Assembly: GCA_027317865.1 (NCBI GenBank)
Contig: DAHVQG010000005.1
Span: 96,001-160,000 of the forward strand
DNA: 64,000 bases
Source of the DNA: Bdellovibrionales bacterium
Lineage (GTDB): Bacteria > Bdellovibrionota > Bdellovibrionia > Bdellovibrionales > UBA1609
Direction: 5' to 3'
The notes below the pieces were generated by a model. It ran no database searches. It was given only the letters and a program-made list of their open reading frames with translations, and was not told where the DNA came from. The position numbers and the translations under genes were made by a program. Numbering within the stretch: position 1 is the stretch's first letter; every line of letters begins with the position of its first letter. Positions 1 to 10,900 of this stretch are shown piece by piece.

Positions 1-1215
1 ATTCAGTCCAACACCGAATCGGCGGTAGATAACTCAAAGGCGCAATTTGGTAAGCTTTTACCCGGTCTGACTCTAAGCGGTTACTATCAATACAATACGT
101 ATGTGCCGGATGTATCTCTGCCGTTTCCGGGTGCGGCGCCGATTCAATTTGGTTCGCATAATAATTATGGAGTTGGTCCGACCCTCAGTTATACGTTATG
201 GGATACCGGCGCCCAACGGGCGGCATATCAGGCCTCGAAGCTACTTGCTCAATCTAAAAAGGACCAGGAGATCAATGCGCGCGCGCAAACGCTATTTGCC
301 TTGCGCGCCGCCTATGTGCGCTTGCAGTTGGGGCTTGAAGAATTGAAACTGTTATACAGTTCGCTTAAGCTCGCAAAATCCCAACAGCGCGATATAAATG
401 CTAACTTTCACGCCGGAGCGGCAAGCTTACTCGATCGTGTCGATTCGAACCGCGAGGTAATCAACTTTCAACTGCAATTTAAGCAGGAACAATCCGTTGT
501 GCAGTCTGATTTTCAAGATCTGCTAAATCTTGTACATGTCAGGGTGGCGGACGATCAAAACGATCACCTTGGGCCGCCGGGTCTTTCGGGAGTTAATTTT
601 GCGTTAAAACTCGACGGGCTAGAAAGCTCGCTGCAAGCCGTGAGCCGTTGGCGCCTTACTCCTCCAAGTGAAGAACAGCCGGAGCTTCGAAGTTTTACTG
701 CTCTAGAAAAATCGTCAAAGGAACAGGCGCGGAGTGCATGGGCTGAACATTTTCCGCGGCTTCGAATTTCGGCAAGCACCATGGTGCAGTATCCGTATGA
801 AGTGGAGTTAAAGACTGTAGAACAAAATACTTTTATGGCAACAATTTCGATGCCGTTGTTTGAGGGTGGTCAGATTCATGACCGGGTTGAGGCCAGTCAA
901 AGCGCGGCGACCGCGGCACGATATGAACGCGATCAGGCAAAGCGCGATTTAATGAACGCGTACAATAAGGCAATGTCGCAACTTCAAAATTTGAAAGCCC
1001 AGAGAAAACTTGCGCTTCTTGACGTGAAAAGTTCTGAAGAGGCGGCCAAACTTTATGAGAGCTCGTATCGAGCCGGAAAAATCAATTTTATTGACGTTGA
1101 AGCGGCAAATAATCGGGCGTTAGTGGCAAGAGTCAATGCGGCGCGAATCGACGCGCAAATGTTAGACAGCATTTTTCTTTTAGAATCGATATCGGGAAAG
1201 GACACACTTCAATGA
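1..1215 (+). CDS. TolC-family outer-membrane efflux protein (5' truncated by window edge)
   Basis: Frame is open from base 1; OEP-type segments (LSYTLWDTG, ISMPLFEGG, YRAGKINFIDV); first gene of the efflux operon. Confidence 0.88.
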   Translation: MQSNTESAVDNSKAQFGKLLPGLTLSGYYQYNTYVPDVSLPFPGAAPIQFGSHNNYGVGPTLSYTLWDTGAQRAAYQASKLLAQSKKDQEINARAQTLFALRAAYVRLQLGLEELKLLYSSLKLAKSQQRDINANFHAGAASLLDRVDSNREVINFQLQFKQEQSVVQSDFQDLLNLVHVRVADDQNDHLGPPGLSGVNFALKLDGLESSLQAVSRWRLTPPSEEQPELRSFTALEKSSKEQARSAWAEHFPRLRISASTMVQYPYEVELKTVEQNTFMATISMPLFEGGQIHDRVEASQSAATAARYERDQAKRDLMNAYNKAMSQLQNLKAQRKLALLDVKSSEEAAKLYESSYRAGKINFIDVEAANNRALVARVNAARIDAQMLDSIFLLESISGKDTLQ

Positions 1216-1958
1216 GTAAAAGAGCGAAAATTGTTGTCGCGGCCATTGTTTTGATCGCGGCGGCTACTTCGGCAAAGTTTCTTTTTTTTGATAAACCGTT
1301 TTTATACGCCGGAACTCTCGAGGCGACAGATGTCGATTTGTCGGCGCAAGTGGCTTCGACGATTGCCGCGGTAAATGTGCACGAAGGGGACGCGGTGACG
1401 ACAAACGAGCTTCTTGTTCAACTTTCATGCAAAGACGTGAAAGTAGAAGACGATCTCGCCAATGAAAATTACAACCGCACGCTCCGCCTATTTAAAGCCG
1501 GTACGGTTTCGCAAGCCACAATGGATCTCATAAAAAGCAAGAAAGAAGAGGCCGATATTCGCCTCGGCTGGTGCTCGATTCGCTCGCCGATTTCTGGAAC
1601 GGTCTTAAGCCGCTACCACGAACCGGGCGAACTTGTAGGCCCGGGCACGAAGCTTCTCACGCTCGCAAACATTAAAGATATTTGGGCCTATATTTATGTT
1701 CCAGAGCCGGTAATGGAAACACTAAAGATCGGCGAAAAGGTGATCGGGGTTATGCCAGAACTGAACAATCGAAAGTTTGTAGGTAAAATTATTAAAATTA
1801 ACGACGAAGCGGAATTCACTCCGAAAAATGTGCAAACTCAAGCCGAAAGATCTCGGCTCGTTTTTGGTGTGAAGGTGAGTTTTTTAGGCGCCAATCAAGA
1901 TGAAATTTTAAAGCCGGGCATGACCATCGAAGTTCGGCTGCCGAATGAGGCAAAATGA
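1212..1958 (+). CDS. HlyD/YbhG-like membrane fusion protein
   Basis: N-terminal TM, GTLEA, lipoyl halves (VHEGDAV, IRSPISG), AEFTPKNVQT and LKPGM motifs. Confidence 0.92.
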   Translation: MSKRAKIVVAAIVLIAAATSAKFLFFDKPFLYAGTLEATDVDLSAQVASTIAAVNVHEGDAVTTNELLVQLSCKDVKVEDDLANENYNRTLRLFKAGTVSQATMDLIKSKKEEADIRLGWCSIRSPISGTVLSRYHEPGELVGPGTKLLTLANIKDIWAYIYVPEPVMETLKIGEKVIGVMPELNNRKFVGKIIKINDEAEFTPKNVQTQAERSRLVFGVKVSFLGANQDEILKPGMTIEVRLPNEAK

Positions 1959-2701
1959 GCGACGGCCTATATTCTATTCATATTCATGACATCAAAAAAA
2001 ATTTCGGCGCTTGCCAGGCGCTAAAGGGTATCAGCCTTGATTTTCGTGAATCAGTTATGCATGGAGTGATTGGTCCTGAAGGTGCGGGCAAAACGACGCT
2101 TTTGCGAGTGATGTTGTCTCTGCTCCTTCCGCAGTCGGGGCGAGTTGAGTATTATCTTGACGGACAGCCGTCTGATTTCGAAGAAGTAAGACCCGTCATT
2201 GCCTACATGCCGCAAAGTCAAAGCCTTTACCCTGATTTATCGATTTCGGAGCATCTCGATTTTTTTCGATCTTTATACGGAATCGAAGACAAACTGTACG
2301 AAGAGCGGCGGCAAGATCTTTTGCACATCACCCGTCTGAGTGAATTTACCGATCGTCCGGCAGGCAAGCTTTCGGGCGGAATGTATAAAAAATTGGGGCT
2401 CATGTGTGCGCTTTTACGCTCACCGCGCATTGTGCTTTTAGACGAGCCGACAAACGGTGTCGATCCGATTAGCCGGCGTGAATTTTGGGAACTTCTTTAT
2501 CGCCTGGCCGATCAAAAAATTCTAATCATAGTAACTACGGCGTACATGGACGAGGCCGAACGATGCGGCGAGGTTCATCTTCTCGAACAGGGCCAGGTCA
2601 TCGCTGATGGCTCCCCCAGAACGCTTTTAGAATCAGAAGGTGTGCGCACGTTTGACGAATTATTTTTGCGGCGCTCGCGTGATCAAGAAAGCAGGCCGTA
2701 A
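1955..2701 (+). CDS. ABC transporter ATP-binding protein (YbhF N-half-like)
   Basis: Walker A GPEGAGKTT, LSGG signature, LLDEPT, TAYMDEAE. Confidence 0.95.
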   Translation: MSDGLYSIHIHDIKKNFGACQALKGISLDFRESVMHGVIGPEGAGKTTLLRVMLSLLLPQSGRVEYYLDGQPSDFEEVRPVIAYMPQSQSLYPDLSISEHLDFFRSLYGIEDKLYEERRQDLLHITRLSEFTDRPAGKLSGGMYKKLGLMCALLRSPRIVLLDEPTNGVDPISRREFWELLYRLADQKILIIVTTAYMDEAERCGEVHLLEQGQVIADGSPRTLLESEGVRTFDELFLRRSRDQESRP

Positions 2702-2703
2702 AT

Positions 2704-3657
2704 ATGAGCGAAGCGGTTGTGGTCAAAAACCTCACTGTAAAATTCGGTGATTTTTTTGCCGTAAAGAATATTTCTTTTTCAGTTTCAAAAGGTGAAATTT
2801 TTGGTTTTTTGGGAGCAAACGGGGCGGGCAAAACGACCACGATCCGGGTGCTTTGCGGACTTCTTCGACCCACAGAAGGCGACGTAAAAGTCGGCGGAGT
2901 GGGTTTTGAACGTGGTGAAAAGGAGATTAAATCAAAAGTTGGGTACATGTCGCAAAAATTCACTTTGTACAACGATCTCACGGTCAAAGAGAATTTTGAC
3001 TTTGCGGCCAGCCTTCGAAAGCTAGACAGGGCTTTTTATCTTAAGCGCCGCGAAGAATTGCTTGAACTCATTTCATTTGAATATTCGCTTGATGCAAACG
3101 TGGCCGATTTGCCCGGCGGAATCAAACAGCAGGTATCTTTGACGTCGGCACTATTACACGATCCTGACATCGTGTTTTTAGACGAACCGACAGCGGGTGT
3201 AACTCCGGCGTCGCGCAATCGTTTTTGGAATCTCATTCGCAAAGTTGCTTCTCTCGGTAAAACCGTTTTTGTCACGACTCATTACATGGACGAGGCCGAA
3301 CAGTGCGGCCGAATCGCGCTTATGCGCACGGGCGAACTCATCGCGCTTGACACTCCGGCCGGGTTAAAATCAGAAACGTTTCCGTTGCCGGTTTTTGAAT
3401 TTGAACCAAAAGAAAAAGCCCTAAGTTTTGCTGAGATATCCAGGCTGCAAAAACATCCCGCATTTTCGTTTTTTGAGCCATACGGCATGCGATTTCACGC
3501 GTCCATTCATTCGCATGAAGAATGGAATCAGCATCGCGCACAATTTGAACGCGATTTTCAAATACGTCAAATTGACCCGTCTCTCGAAGACGTTTTTATT
3601 CAGCGGGTAGAGGGTACGGGAGCTACACCAAATAAAAGCGGCGGTGGCCCAAAATGA
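2704..3657 (+). CDS. ABC transporter ATP-binding protein (YbhF C-half-like)
   Basis: GANGAGKTT, LPGG, FLDEPTAGV, THYMDEAE. Confidence 0.95.
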   Translation: MSEAVVVKNLTVKFGDFFAVKNISFSVSKGEIFGFLGANGAGKTTTIRVLCGLLRPTEGDVKVGGVGFERGEKEIKSKVGYMSQKFTLYNDLTVKENFDFAASLRKLDRAFYLKRREELLELISFEYSLDANVADLPGGIKQQVSLTSALLHDPDIVFLDEPTAGVTPASRNRFWNLIRKVASLGKTVFVTTHYMDEAEQCGRIALMRTGELIALDTPAGLKSETFPLPVFEFEPKEKALSFAEISRLQKHPAFSFFEPYGMRFHASIHSHEEWNQHRAQFERDFQIRQIDPSLEDVFIQRVEGTGATPNKSGGGPK

Positions 3658-4763
3658 ACTGGAAGCGAGCCTACGCCATTGCCCAGAAAGAGACGTTTCA
3701 TATTTTACGAGATCCGTTTACGCTCGCTCTTAGCATCGCCATGCCGATTTTTCTCGTCGTGATCTACGGGATCGCCATCCATTTCAACGTGCGGGACATT
3801 CATCTTGCCGTCAGCGATTCCGATCAGACTCAAATGTCCCGCGAGTTTATTGAGACCTTTGGGAGTTCAAAATACTTTTTAATTCATCGCGTGGCCACAC
3901 CGGCAGATGTTCGAGCTGAAGTTGAATCTGAACAAGCGCGCGGGGGGCTAATTATCCCGCCTGATTTTCAAGAAAATTTACTAAACGGCCGCTCAACAAA
4001 CGTGCAGCTGCTTGTAGACGGTGCCGACAATTCAACATCTGGACCCATTGTTGGCTACGTCAATGCGATTCAACAAATTGCTGACAAACGTCTTGTTCGT
4101 TTTGATCCGCCGCAACCGTATGATTTGCGAACCCGATTTTTGTTTAATCCAGAACTCAATAGTACGTGGTTTGTCGTGCCCGGTCTGACAGTAGTTGTGA
4201 TGGCGATTCTTTCTATTCTTCTCACTTCGCTGACCGTTGCTCGGGAGTGGGAGAGCGGATCAATGGAGCTGTTGCTTTCAACGCCCGTGCAGCCAATTGA
4301 AATTATCGTCGGCAAACTTGCGCCTTATGGTGTTTTGGGATTGGTCGCGGTTGGCATGGTGCTGGTGATTGCGCGTTTATTTTTTGGCGTGCCATTTGTC
4401 GGTAATCCAATTATATTTGGCGCGGGATGTCTATTATTTTTGATTACTTATTTGGCTCAAGGGTTGTTGATTTCAGTTATTACTCGTAACCAGCAAGTGT
4501 CGATGCAGTTTGCAATGCTGACGGGATTCTTGCCATCGCAGCTCTTGTCGGGTTTTATCTTTCCGATCGCCAGTATGCCGATATTTTTTCACTACTTTAC
4601 CATGATATTTCCGGCCCGCTGGTTCATAAATATTTCGCGCGATACATTTTTAAAAGGATCAGGGTTTATTCCGCTTTTGGGCAGCTTTGTGGGTTTAACT
4701 CTAATTTGCGTTTGGATGGTCCGGCGGGCACGAGTCAAATTTAGACGGGATCTTGAAGCATGA
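3654..4763 (+). CDS. ABC-2 permease (YbhS-like)
   Basis: KET..ILRD start, FNPEL, AREWESGSME motif, multiple TM helices. Confidence 0.93.
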   Translation: MNWKRAYAIAQKETFHILRDPFTLALSIAMPIFLVVIYGIAIHFNVRDIHLAVSDSDQTQMSREFIETFGSSKYFLIHRVATPADVRAEVESEQARGGLIIPPDFQENLLNGRSTNVQLLVDGADNSTSGPIVGYVNAIQQIADKRLVRFDPPQPYDLRTRFLFNPELNSTWFVVPGLTVVVMAILSILLTSLTVAREWESGSMELLLSTPVQPIEIIVGKLAPYGVLGLVAVGMVLVIARLFFGVPFVGNPIIFGAGCLLFLITYLAQGLLISVITRNQQVSMQFAMLTGFLPSQLLSGFIFPIASMPIFFHYFTMIFPARWFINISRDTFLKGSGFIPLLGSFVGLTLICVWMVRRARVKFRRDLEA

Positions 4764-5887
4764 ACCGCACTCTGGTCGGATTTATAAAAAAGGAATTGAT
4801 TCAAACTTTTCGCGACAGGCGGATGAAATTTCTTTTAATTGTCGCTCCAATTGTTCAAATGACTATTTTTGGAGTGGCAATTTCAAACGAAGTAAAAAAC
4901 ATCCGGCTGGCCGCTTTTTTTAAACCAAACGATACTATCGCGGAGAATATTTACGACCGCGCAATTGCGAGCCGTTGGTTTTTGCCGGTGCCGATCAAAT
5001 ACGGTGACCACCCCTATCAACTCATTAAGTCAAATCGAGCCGATGCCGTTCTTGTGGCACCTCCGGGTGGTTTTACAAAAGCTATTGGCAGAGCAATCTC
5101 GGACCATGGAGTCACGGGCTCAGCGCCGATTCAGCTTTTGGTGGATGCGACGAACGTGCTTCAGGCCCAATCGGTTGAGAACTATATGCGAGCAATTATC
5201 AACGAAACACTACAGCAGGATCTTCATGTTTCATTTCCGAAATCGCCGATACAAATTCACACGCGCATTTTGTATAATCCATCGCTAGATACTGCGATTT
5301 TTATGATACCAGGTGTGATGTGTACTCTCATGATTATGACCACGATGATGCTCAGTATGGTGGCGATTGTCCGTGAGAAAGAGATGGGTACATTCGAAGC
5401 TTTGATTTCGGCGCCGGTTTCGCCTTCTGAAGTGATTTACGGCAAGACCATTCCATATGTTATTGTAGGGATGATCAACTTGCCTCTGATATTGTCGGTT
5501 GCACTTTTTGTTTTTCGCGTGCCGATGCGCGGGTCGTACATTATTTTGGCGTTGTGTACTCTTGTATTCATTTGCGCCGGTGTCGGAATGGGTACTCTTA
5601 TTTCAACATTTTGCAAAAACCAACAGCAGGCGGCCTTGGGATCATTTTTGTTTATGTTTCCGGCTATGATGTTTTCTGGGCTTATGTTTCCGATCCAGAA
5701 TATGCCACCGGCCGTTCGTTGGATGGCCTACGTCGATCCACTATCGCACTACATGGGGTTACTTCGAAATATCATGCTTAAAGGCGGCGGAGGGATTTAC
5801 GTTATTGAACACACCCTTGCGCTTGCGGTGATTGCATTGGTTTGTATTCTCATTAGTTTTCGTCGCTTTCATACGACGCTCCAATAA
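4760..5887 (+). CDS. ABC-2 permease (YbhR-like)
   Basis: KKELIQTFRD, YNPSL, VREKEMGTFE motif, TM helices. Confidence 0.93.
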   Translation: MNRTLVGFIKKELIQTFRDRRMKFLLIVAPIVQMTIFGVAISNEVKNIRLAAFFKPNDTIAENIYDRAIASRWFLPVPIKYGDHPYQLIKSNRADAVLVAPPGGFTKAIGRAISDHGVTGSAPIQLLVDATNVLQAQSVENYMRAIINETLQQDLHVSFPKSPIQIHTRILYNPSLDTAIFMIPGVMCTLMIMTTMMLSMVAIVREKEMGTFEALISAPVSPSEVIYGKTIPYVIVGMINLPLILSVALFVFRVPMRGSYIILALCTLVFICAGVGMGTLISTFCKNQQQAALGSFLFMFPAMMFSGLMFPIQNMPPAVRWMAYVDPLSHYMGLLRNIMLKGGGGIYVIEHTLALAVIALVCILISFRRFHTTLQ

Positions 5888-5975
5888 TGTTTTTGAATAT
5901 GGCAAAAACGAAATTAAATTCTGACTATGCGTTGCGGGTTGACACACAACCGCGCGCACGTTGAACTAATAAGCG

Positions 5976-7286
5976 ATGCTGAAAAAGGCCGTTTTTTTCG
6001 GGATTTTAACGCTTTCGAGTTATGCTCTAGCTTACAGTTCAATTACGGGCGTAAAACCCAATTTTAATTCATCTTCGAGCTCGAAGCTGACGCTTTCTGA
6101 AGCGCTTGCGCGCGCATTGTTGGCAAACCCTGAAATTCTTGAAAAACAAGCATCGTTGCATGCGGCCCGTCTTTCGGTGACGGCGACGCGAACACGGTTA
6201 TTCCCGGCAATTTCGGCCGAGTATCAGTACACCGATTCGGATACCCCCAACCAAGAACTGCCCGATGCTAACCATGCATTTGTTGTCTTAAACGAAGATC
6301 TTTTTAACGGGGGGCGCACATGGGCGCAAATTCATCGGCTTCGACACCTTGAAGAAAAAGCACAGGACCTTGCTCAAGAGAAAAGACTCGAGGTCATGGC
6401 CGCAGTTAAAGACAGCTATTACGAAGCGGTGTCGGCGGCTGAACAAGTAAACGATTGGACGCGCGCCGAATCGGAATTTTCTCGCCTTCTTAAGCTGATG
6501 GAGCCAAAATTCACGGTTGGCGCCGTACCCGAATACGATTTTGTGAAGATTCGGATTTCTCTGCGCAACTACAAGCAGGATAAACTTATTGCACAGGCAA
6601 AACTTGGTCATGAGCTTCACTTGCTCGGTGAAGCGATGGGGGGTGAGCCGCCGAAAACGCTTGCCGAAATTCACCAGTTAACGCCGCCGCCTGACTTAAG
6701 TGTAAAAGAAATTTTGTTTAAATCATTTGAAGCTCGCCCGGACGTCAAGGCTCAGTCGGCGCAAGTGCTCGCGCAAGAAGACGCGGTTACGCAAGCGAAG
6801 CGGCAAAGGCTACCCAAATTAAGCCTTGAGGCGGATTACGGTTACGGCGGAGTGACAGTCCCGCAAATGGGTATTGGATGGGGAGTAACCGCGCTAGTGG
6901 ATTTGCCAATATTTGAATTCGGGCACATTCGCTCTCAAGTTGATACGGAAGAGGCAAAGTTGAGTGCCGAACAAGAGCGCCAGATCGCGCTTCAACTCAA
7001 AATCAAAACGCAAGTGTATGACACTCTCGAGCAGGTGAAGTTATCTTGGGCGGATTACCAAGAAGCTTTAAAGAATTTGCCGGGGGCGTGGCGCGCGTAT
7101 GTTTCGTCACTTAGGCGCTACCGTACTGGACTTGCGAGAATGGCGGAGCTAAGCGACGCGCACTCGCTTCTTGTGCAAGCGCGCCTTGAGCGGGATAGCG
7201 ATCGAGCCCTATACGAAATGGCGCTGACAAAGCTTCAACTTGTTATGGGCGATCAAAAAGGCTTAGAAAGGGTGGACGTGCAATGA
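5976..7286 (+). CDS. TolC/CzcC-family outer-membrane factor
   Basis: Signal peptide, LTLSEAL..AL..NP, RPDV, LPKLSL, VDLPIFEFG; upstream of adaptor and RND genes. Confidence 0.9.
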   Translation: MLKKAVFFGILTLSSYALAYSSITGVKPNFNSSSSSKLTLSEALARALLANPEILEKQASLHAARLSVTATRTRLFPAISAEYQYTDSDTPNQELPDANHAFVVLNEDLFNGGRTWAQIHRLRHLEEKAQDLAQEKRLEVMAAVKDSYYEAVSAAEQVNDWTRAESEFSRLLKLMEPKFTVGAVPEYDFVKIRISLRNYKQDKLIAQAKLGHELHLLGEAMGGEPPKTLAEIHQLTPPPDLSVKEILFKSFEARPDVKAQSAQVLAQEDAVTQAKRQRLPKLSLEADYGYGGVTVPQMGIGWGVTALVDLPIFEFGHIRSQVDTEEAKLSAEQERQIALQLKIKTQVYDTLEQVKLSWADYQEALKNLPGAWRAYVSSLRRYRTGLARMAELSDAHSLLVQARLERDSDRALYEMALTKLQLVMGDQKGLERVDVQ

Positions 7287-7900
7287 GACGTTGCGAAGTC
7301 TTATCTGTCATGACTATCGCAATTGGTGCCATGTGGTTTGCGGCAACAGGCGCCGCATTGTCCCCACTTTTTGTAACCGGAAATCCCACGCGGCACGAAT
7401 TTTTAACTATCGCGACCGGTTATGGTGCTTTGTCGGAAGACAGACGGCATGTGGCCGCATATTTTTCGGGTGCGGATACGAAAAAAATAAAAATAGGTGA
7501 AATGGCTGAGGTCGAGCTTATGGGCAAGACCACAAATCGCGCGAGTGGACGTGTGGTTTCTGTCTGGCGTAATGCCGACCCCAAAACGGGACAGGGCATA
7601 GTTACGGTCGCGCTTTTAAATCCATCATCACTGCCGGCGCGCACTTACGGTTCAATTGACGTAACCTTGTCAAAACGCATGAGTCTTGCCGTACCAACTA
7701 CGGCAGTATTGATATTGGGCGGCAACACATTCGTATACGAAAAGGCAAATAGCGGTAATTTTAAAAAAGTTCACGTTGTTGTTGGGCGCCAGGGGCCAGA
7801 ATTTACCGAAATTAAAAAAGGACTCAAATTAAGCGATACGGTACTTGTTCAAGGTGCGCTCGAGTGGAACCAAATAAATACGAATGACGAAGGGGGATAA
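7283..7900 (+). CDS. Short RND periplasmic adaptor subunit
   Basis: C-terminal LAVPTTAV..G..FVY and V.VG....TEIKKGL...D.V motifs; position between OMF and RND genes. Confidence 0.78.
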   Translation: MRRCEVLSVMTIAIGAMWFAATGAALSPLFVTGNPTRHEFLTIATGYGALSEDRRHVAAYFSGADTKKIKIGEMAEVELMGKTTNRASGRVVSVWRNADPKTGQGIVTVALLNPSSLPARTYGSIDVTLSKRMSLAVPTTAVLILGGNTFVYEKANSGNFKKVHVVVGRQGPEFTEIKKGLKLSDTVLVQGALEWNQINTNDEGG

Positions 7901-10900
7901 TTGAATCAGAAGCCCGGCTTTTGGGATAAAATCCTTCGCTTTTCTATTAATAACACGCGCATATTAGTTGTTCTGTCGATCTTGTGGTCCGCGCTTGCCA
8001 TTTGGATATTCACAACATTGCCGCTTGGTCTTTTGCCAAGCCTCAACTTTCCGGCGCTGAGTGTCGTGGTCGAGAATCAGGGTCTCACGGCTCAGGAGCT
8101 TGAAAAGCAGGTGGCCTTGCCGGTTGAGTCGGCGATGTCGGGAATTTACAACGTAAAGCGTATTCGCTCCACGAGCGTGTCAAACGTCGCCATGGTGCGT
8201 GTGCAACTCAAATGGGGCGCTGATATTAATCTTGCAAGAGAACAAGTTCAGCAGAAACTGGCGAGTTTGAGAGGGAGTTTGCCCCAAGGTTCGAAAATCA
8301 GCGTTGAAACACTAAGCACAACGCTTGGCGAGGTTGAAAGCTTTTCTCTTACGGGCGGCAAATCGCTTGAGGCGCTTTATGATTTTGCGAAATATCATCT
8401 GCGCCCGGCCTTACTGCAACAAAACGGAGTTTTTCAAGTTTTGATTTTTGGGGGCCTTGCCCCGGAGTATGCCGTTTTTTTAGATCCCGAGAAGCTTGAG
8501 AAATACGATTTAACGATCGGCGATATTCGCAGTGCTATTGCGAAAAATAATGTCGCGACCGTAGGCGGGGTTCTGGATCTCGGTACGCAGAGTTTTGGAA
8601 TTCTACCCCGCACTCGCATGACCAACGTTAAAAGTATAAAAGACACAATTGTTGCGGTTTACAATGACATGCCGATTCGCATCCGCGATATTGCGCAAGT
8701 TCGAAAAAGCCACCTGGCCTATCGCGGGGGCGCAATTCAAGGTGACACGCCTGGCGTGGTAATTCAAATTGTAAGACAGCCAAGCGCTAACGTCGTGGCC
8801 GTAACACATGCCATAGATGAATTTTTTAAACACTACAAGTTACCTGTCGGCGTAAAGATCACGAAATTCTACGACCAATCGGAAGTCGTTTATGCAGCGG
8901 TTCGCGGTGTTGAAGAAGCCGTCGTACTCGGTGCGCTTCTTGTCGCACTTATTTTACTTGTATTTTTGAAAAGTCCGCGAGCATCGCTCGTTGCTTTTAC
9001 TTCTATTCCCACGTCGCTACTGAGTTCCATTGTGTTCATGCGTTATCTACACATGTCGCTAAATGTAATGAGTTTAAGCGCGCTCGCGCTTGCGACCGGC
9101 ATGGTCATTGACGACGCCATAGTGGTAATTGAAAACTTTTTTCGCCATCGCGAACTTTCGCCCCACGACTCGATCTCTGAGGTTTTTCGTCGTGCGGCCG
9201 GTGAAGTGGCTGGGCCTGTATTTTCTTCCACAATTACAACAGTCGCAATTTTTGTTCCGCTCATTTTTTTAACCGGACTTGCGGGTCGTTTATTTTCTCC
9301 TGTTGGCGTAATTGTTTCTATTGTGATGTCCGCCTCGCTTGTTTTTGCATTCACGCTAATACCGAGTGTTGGCCCGCATTTGATTAAAGGCCATCCGCCA
9401 AAACCGCACGTCAGCGGGCTGACCGAGCTCTATTCAAAAATTCTTCACTGGGCGCTCAAAAGGGGTTGGCAAATTGCTCTCGTCGTCTTCATTTTGTGTT
9501 CAGGTAGTCTTTGGGTGCTGACGCGGCTGAATCGTCGGTTTCTGCCTCTTCTTGACGAGGGTTCAATATTAATGAACGTCGACGGCCCGCCGTCGAATTC
9601 GCTTCATGAAACAATGCGAACGGTAGAACTACTAATTCACCATGTTTTGTACGCGCATGATATCAGAACAATTGTAGCGACTATCGGACACGCTCCGGGA
9701 GCGCAGGACACCGACACAATGAGCCACTCGGATGTCGTGGCCCGGCTTGTTCCGCCTCATGATAGGACAAAAACGATTCAACAGCTTTTTAAGATATTTC
9801 GCAAACGCGCCAAGAATTTTCCGGGCGTAAGCGTTGAGTTTACGATGCCACTTCGAGATAAAATCAATGATGCCATTGGCGGAGTGCCGGCAGCGATTGG
9901 CGTTAAAATATTTGGCAACAGTTTGAAGACTCTTGAGCATTTAGCGAACGAAGTTGCGGCAAAGATGGTCCACATCCCTGGTGTGCAAGATCTTCAGCCG
10001 AGTTCGATGGTACCGGTACCGTCGCTACAGATCGCGCTGCGAGAAAAGCAAGCCGATGAACTCGGTGTGACACGCGCGGATCTCAACGATGCCGTACAGG
10101 CCATGTCTTACGGAGTTGAGGCGACCAAAGTTCAGAAACTCTATAGTGAAGTCCCGTTGATGTTACGGTTCGAGGGGACTGACGATCATATACCGACACT
10201 GCATTTGAATGAGCTTAAGAATGTGCCGATTCAAACAGCCGACGGCCGTTATGTTCCGCTGTCTCAGGTGGCACGGCTTAAATTTGTCGATGTGCCAAGT
10301 CGAATTGAACACGAACACGCCATGCGCTACGTAACTGTGTCATGTAACGTGTCGGGTGCAAGTACCCAGAGTGTGGTCGCTAAAATAAAACAGATGTTAG
10401 CACAATTGCATTTGCCAAATGGCTACTATTACAGACTCGGAGGCAGTTATGCGGCTCAATCCGAGGCGACAAGCGGAGTTTCGTCCGTATTCTTTGTGGC
10501 CATTTTTCTTGTTGCGGTGATTTTATGGATGGAATTTCAATCGATAAAAGAGACATTGCTTGTTTTGCTTACAATACCGCTGTCGACAATTGGTGCAAGT
10601 CTTGCGCTATGGATGTTTCACCAAACACTCAATATTTCTTCGTTGATCGGTCTTGTTATGTTAGTTGGGCTTGTGCTTCGAAACGGTATTGTGCTTGTTG
10701 ATTACATTCACAAAGAGGTTTTTGAAAAGGGCGCGCCGCTACATTTTGCCATAGTACAGGGGGCAAAAATTCGTTTGCGCCCAATTCTAATGACGGCTCT
10801 AAGTGAAACTCTCGGTCTGTTGCCGCTGGCACTTGGAATAGGTTCCGGTTCTGCTCTCGAAAAGCCGCTTGCCATCGCGGTGATCGGCGGATTGGTTACG

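Noticed and set aside
1955-3657. Frameshifted/split ybhF pseudogene
   Set aside because: Both halves are complete ATPases with their own starts; two-gene forms are ordinary
5939-5970. MerR-type metal-responsive promoter for the RND operon
   Set aside because: TTGACA is present but there is no good -10 at 19-20 bp and the spacer dyad is only 4 bp
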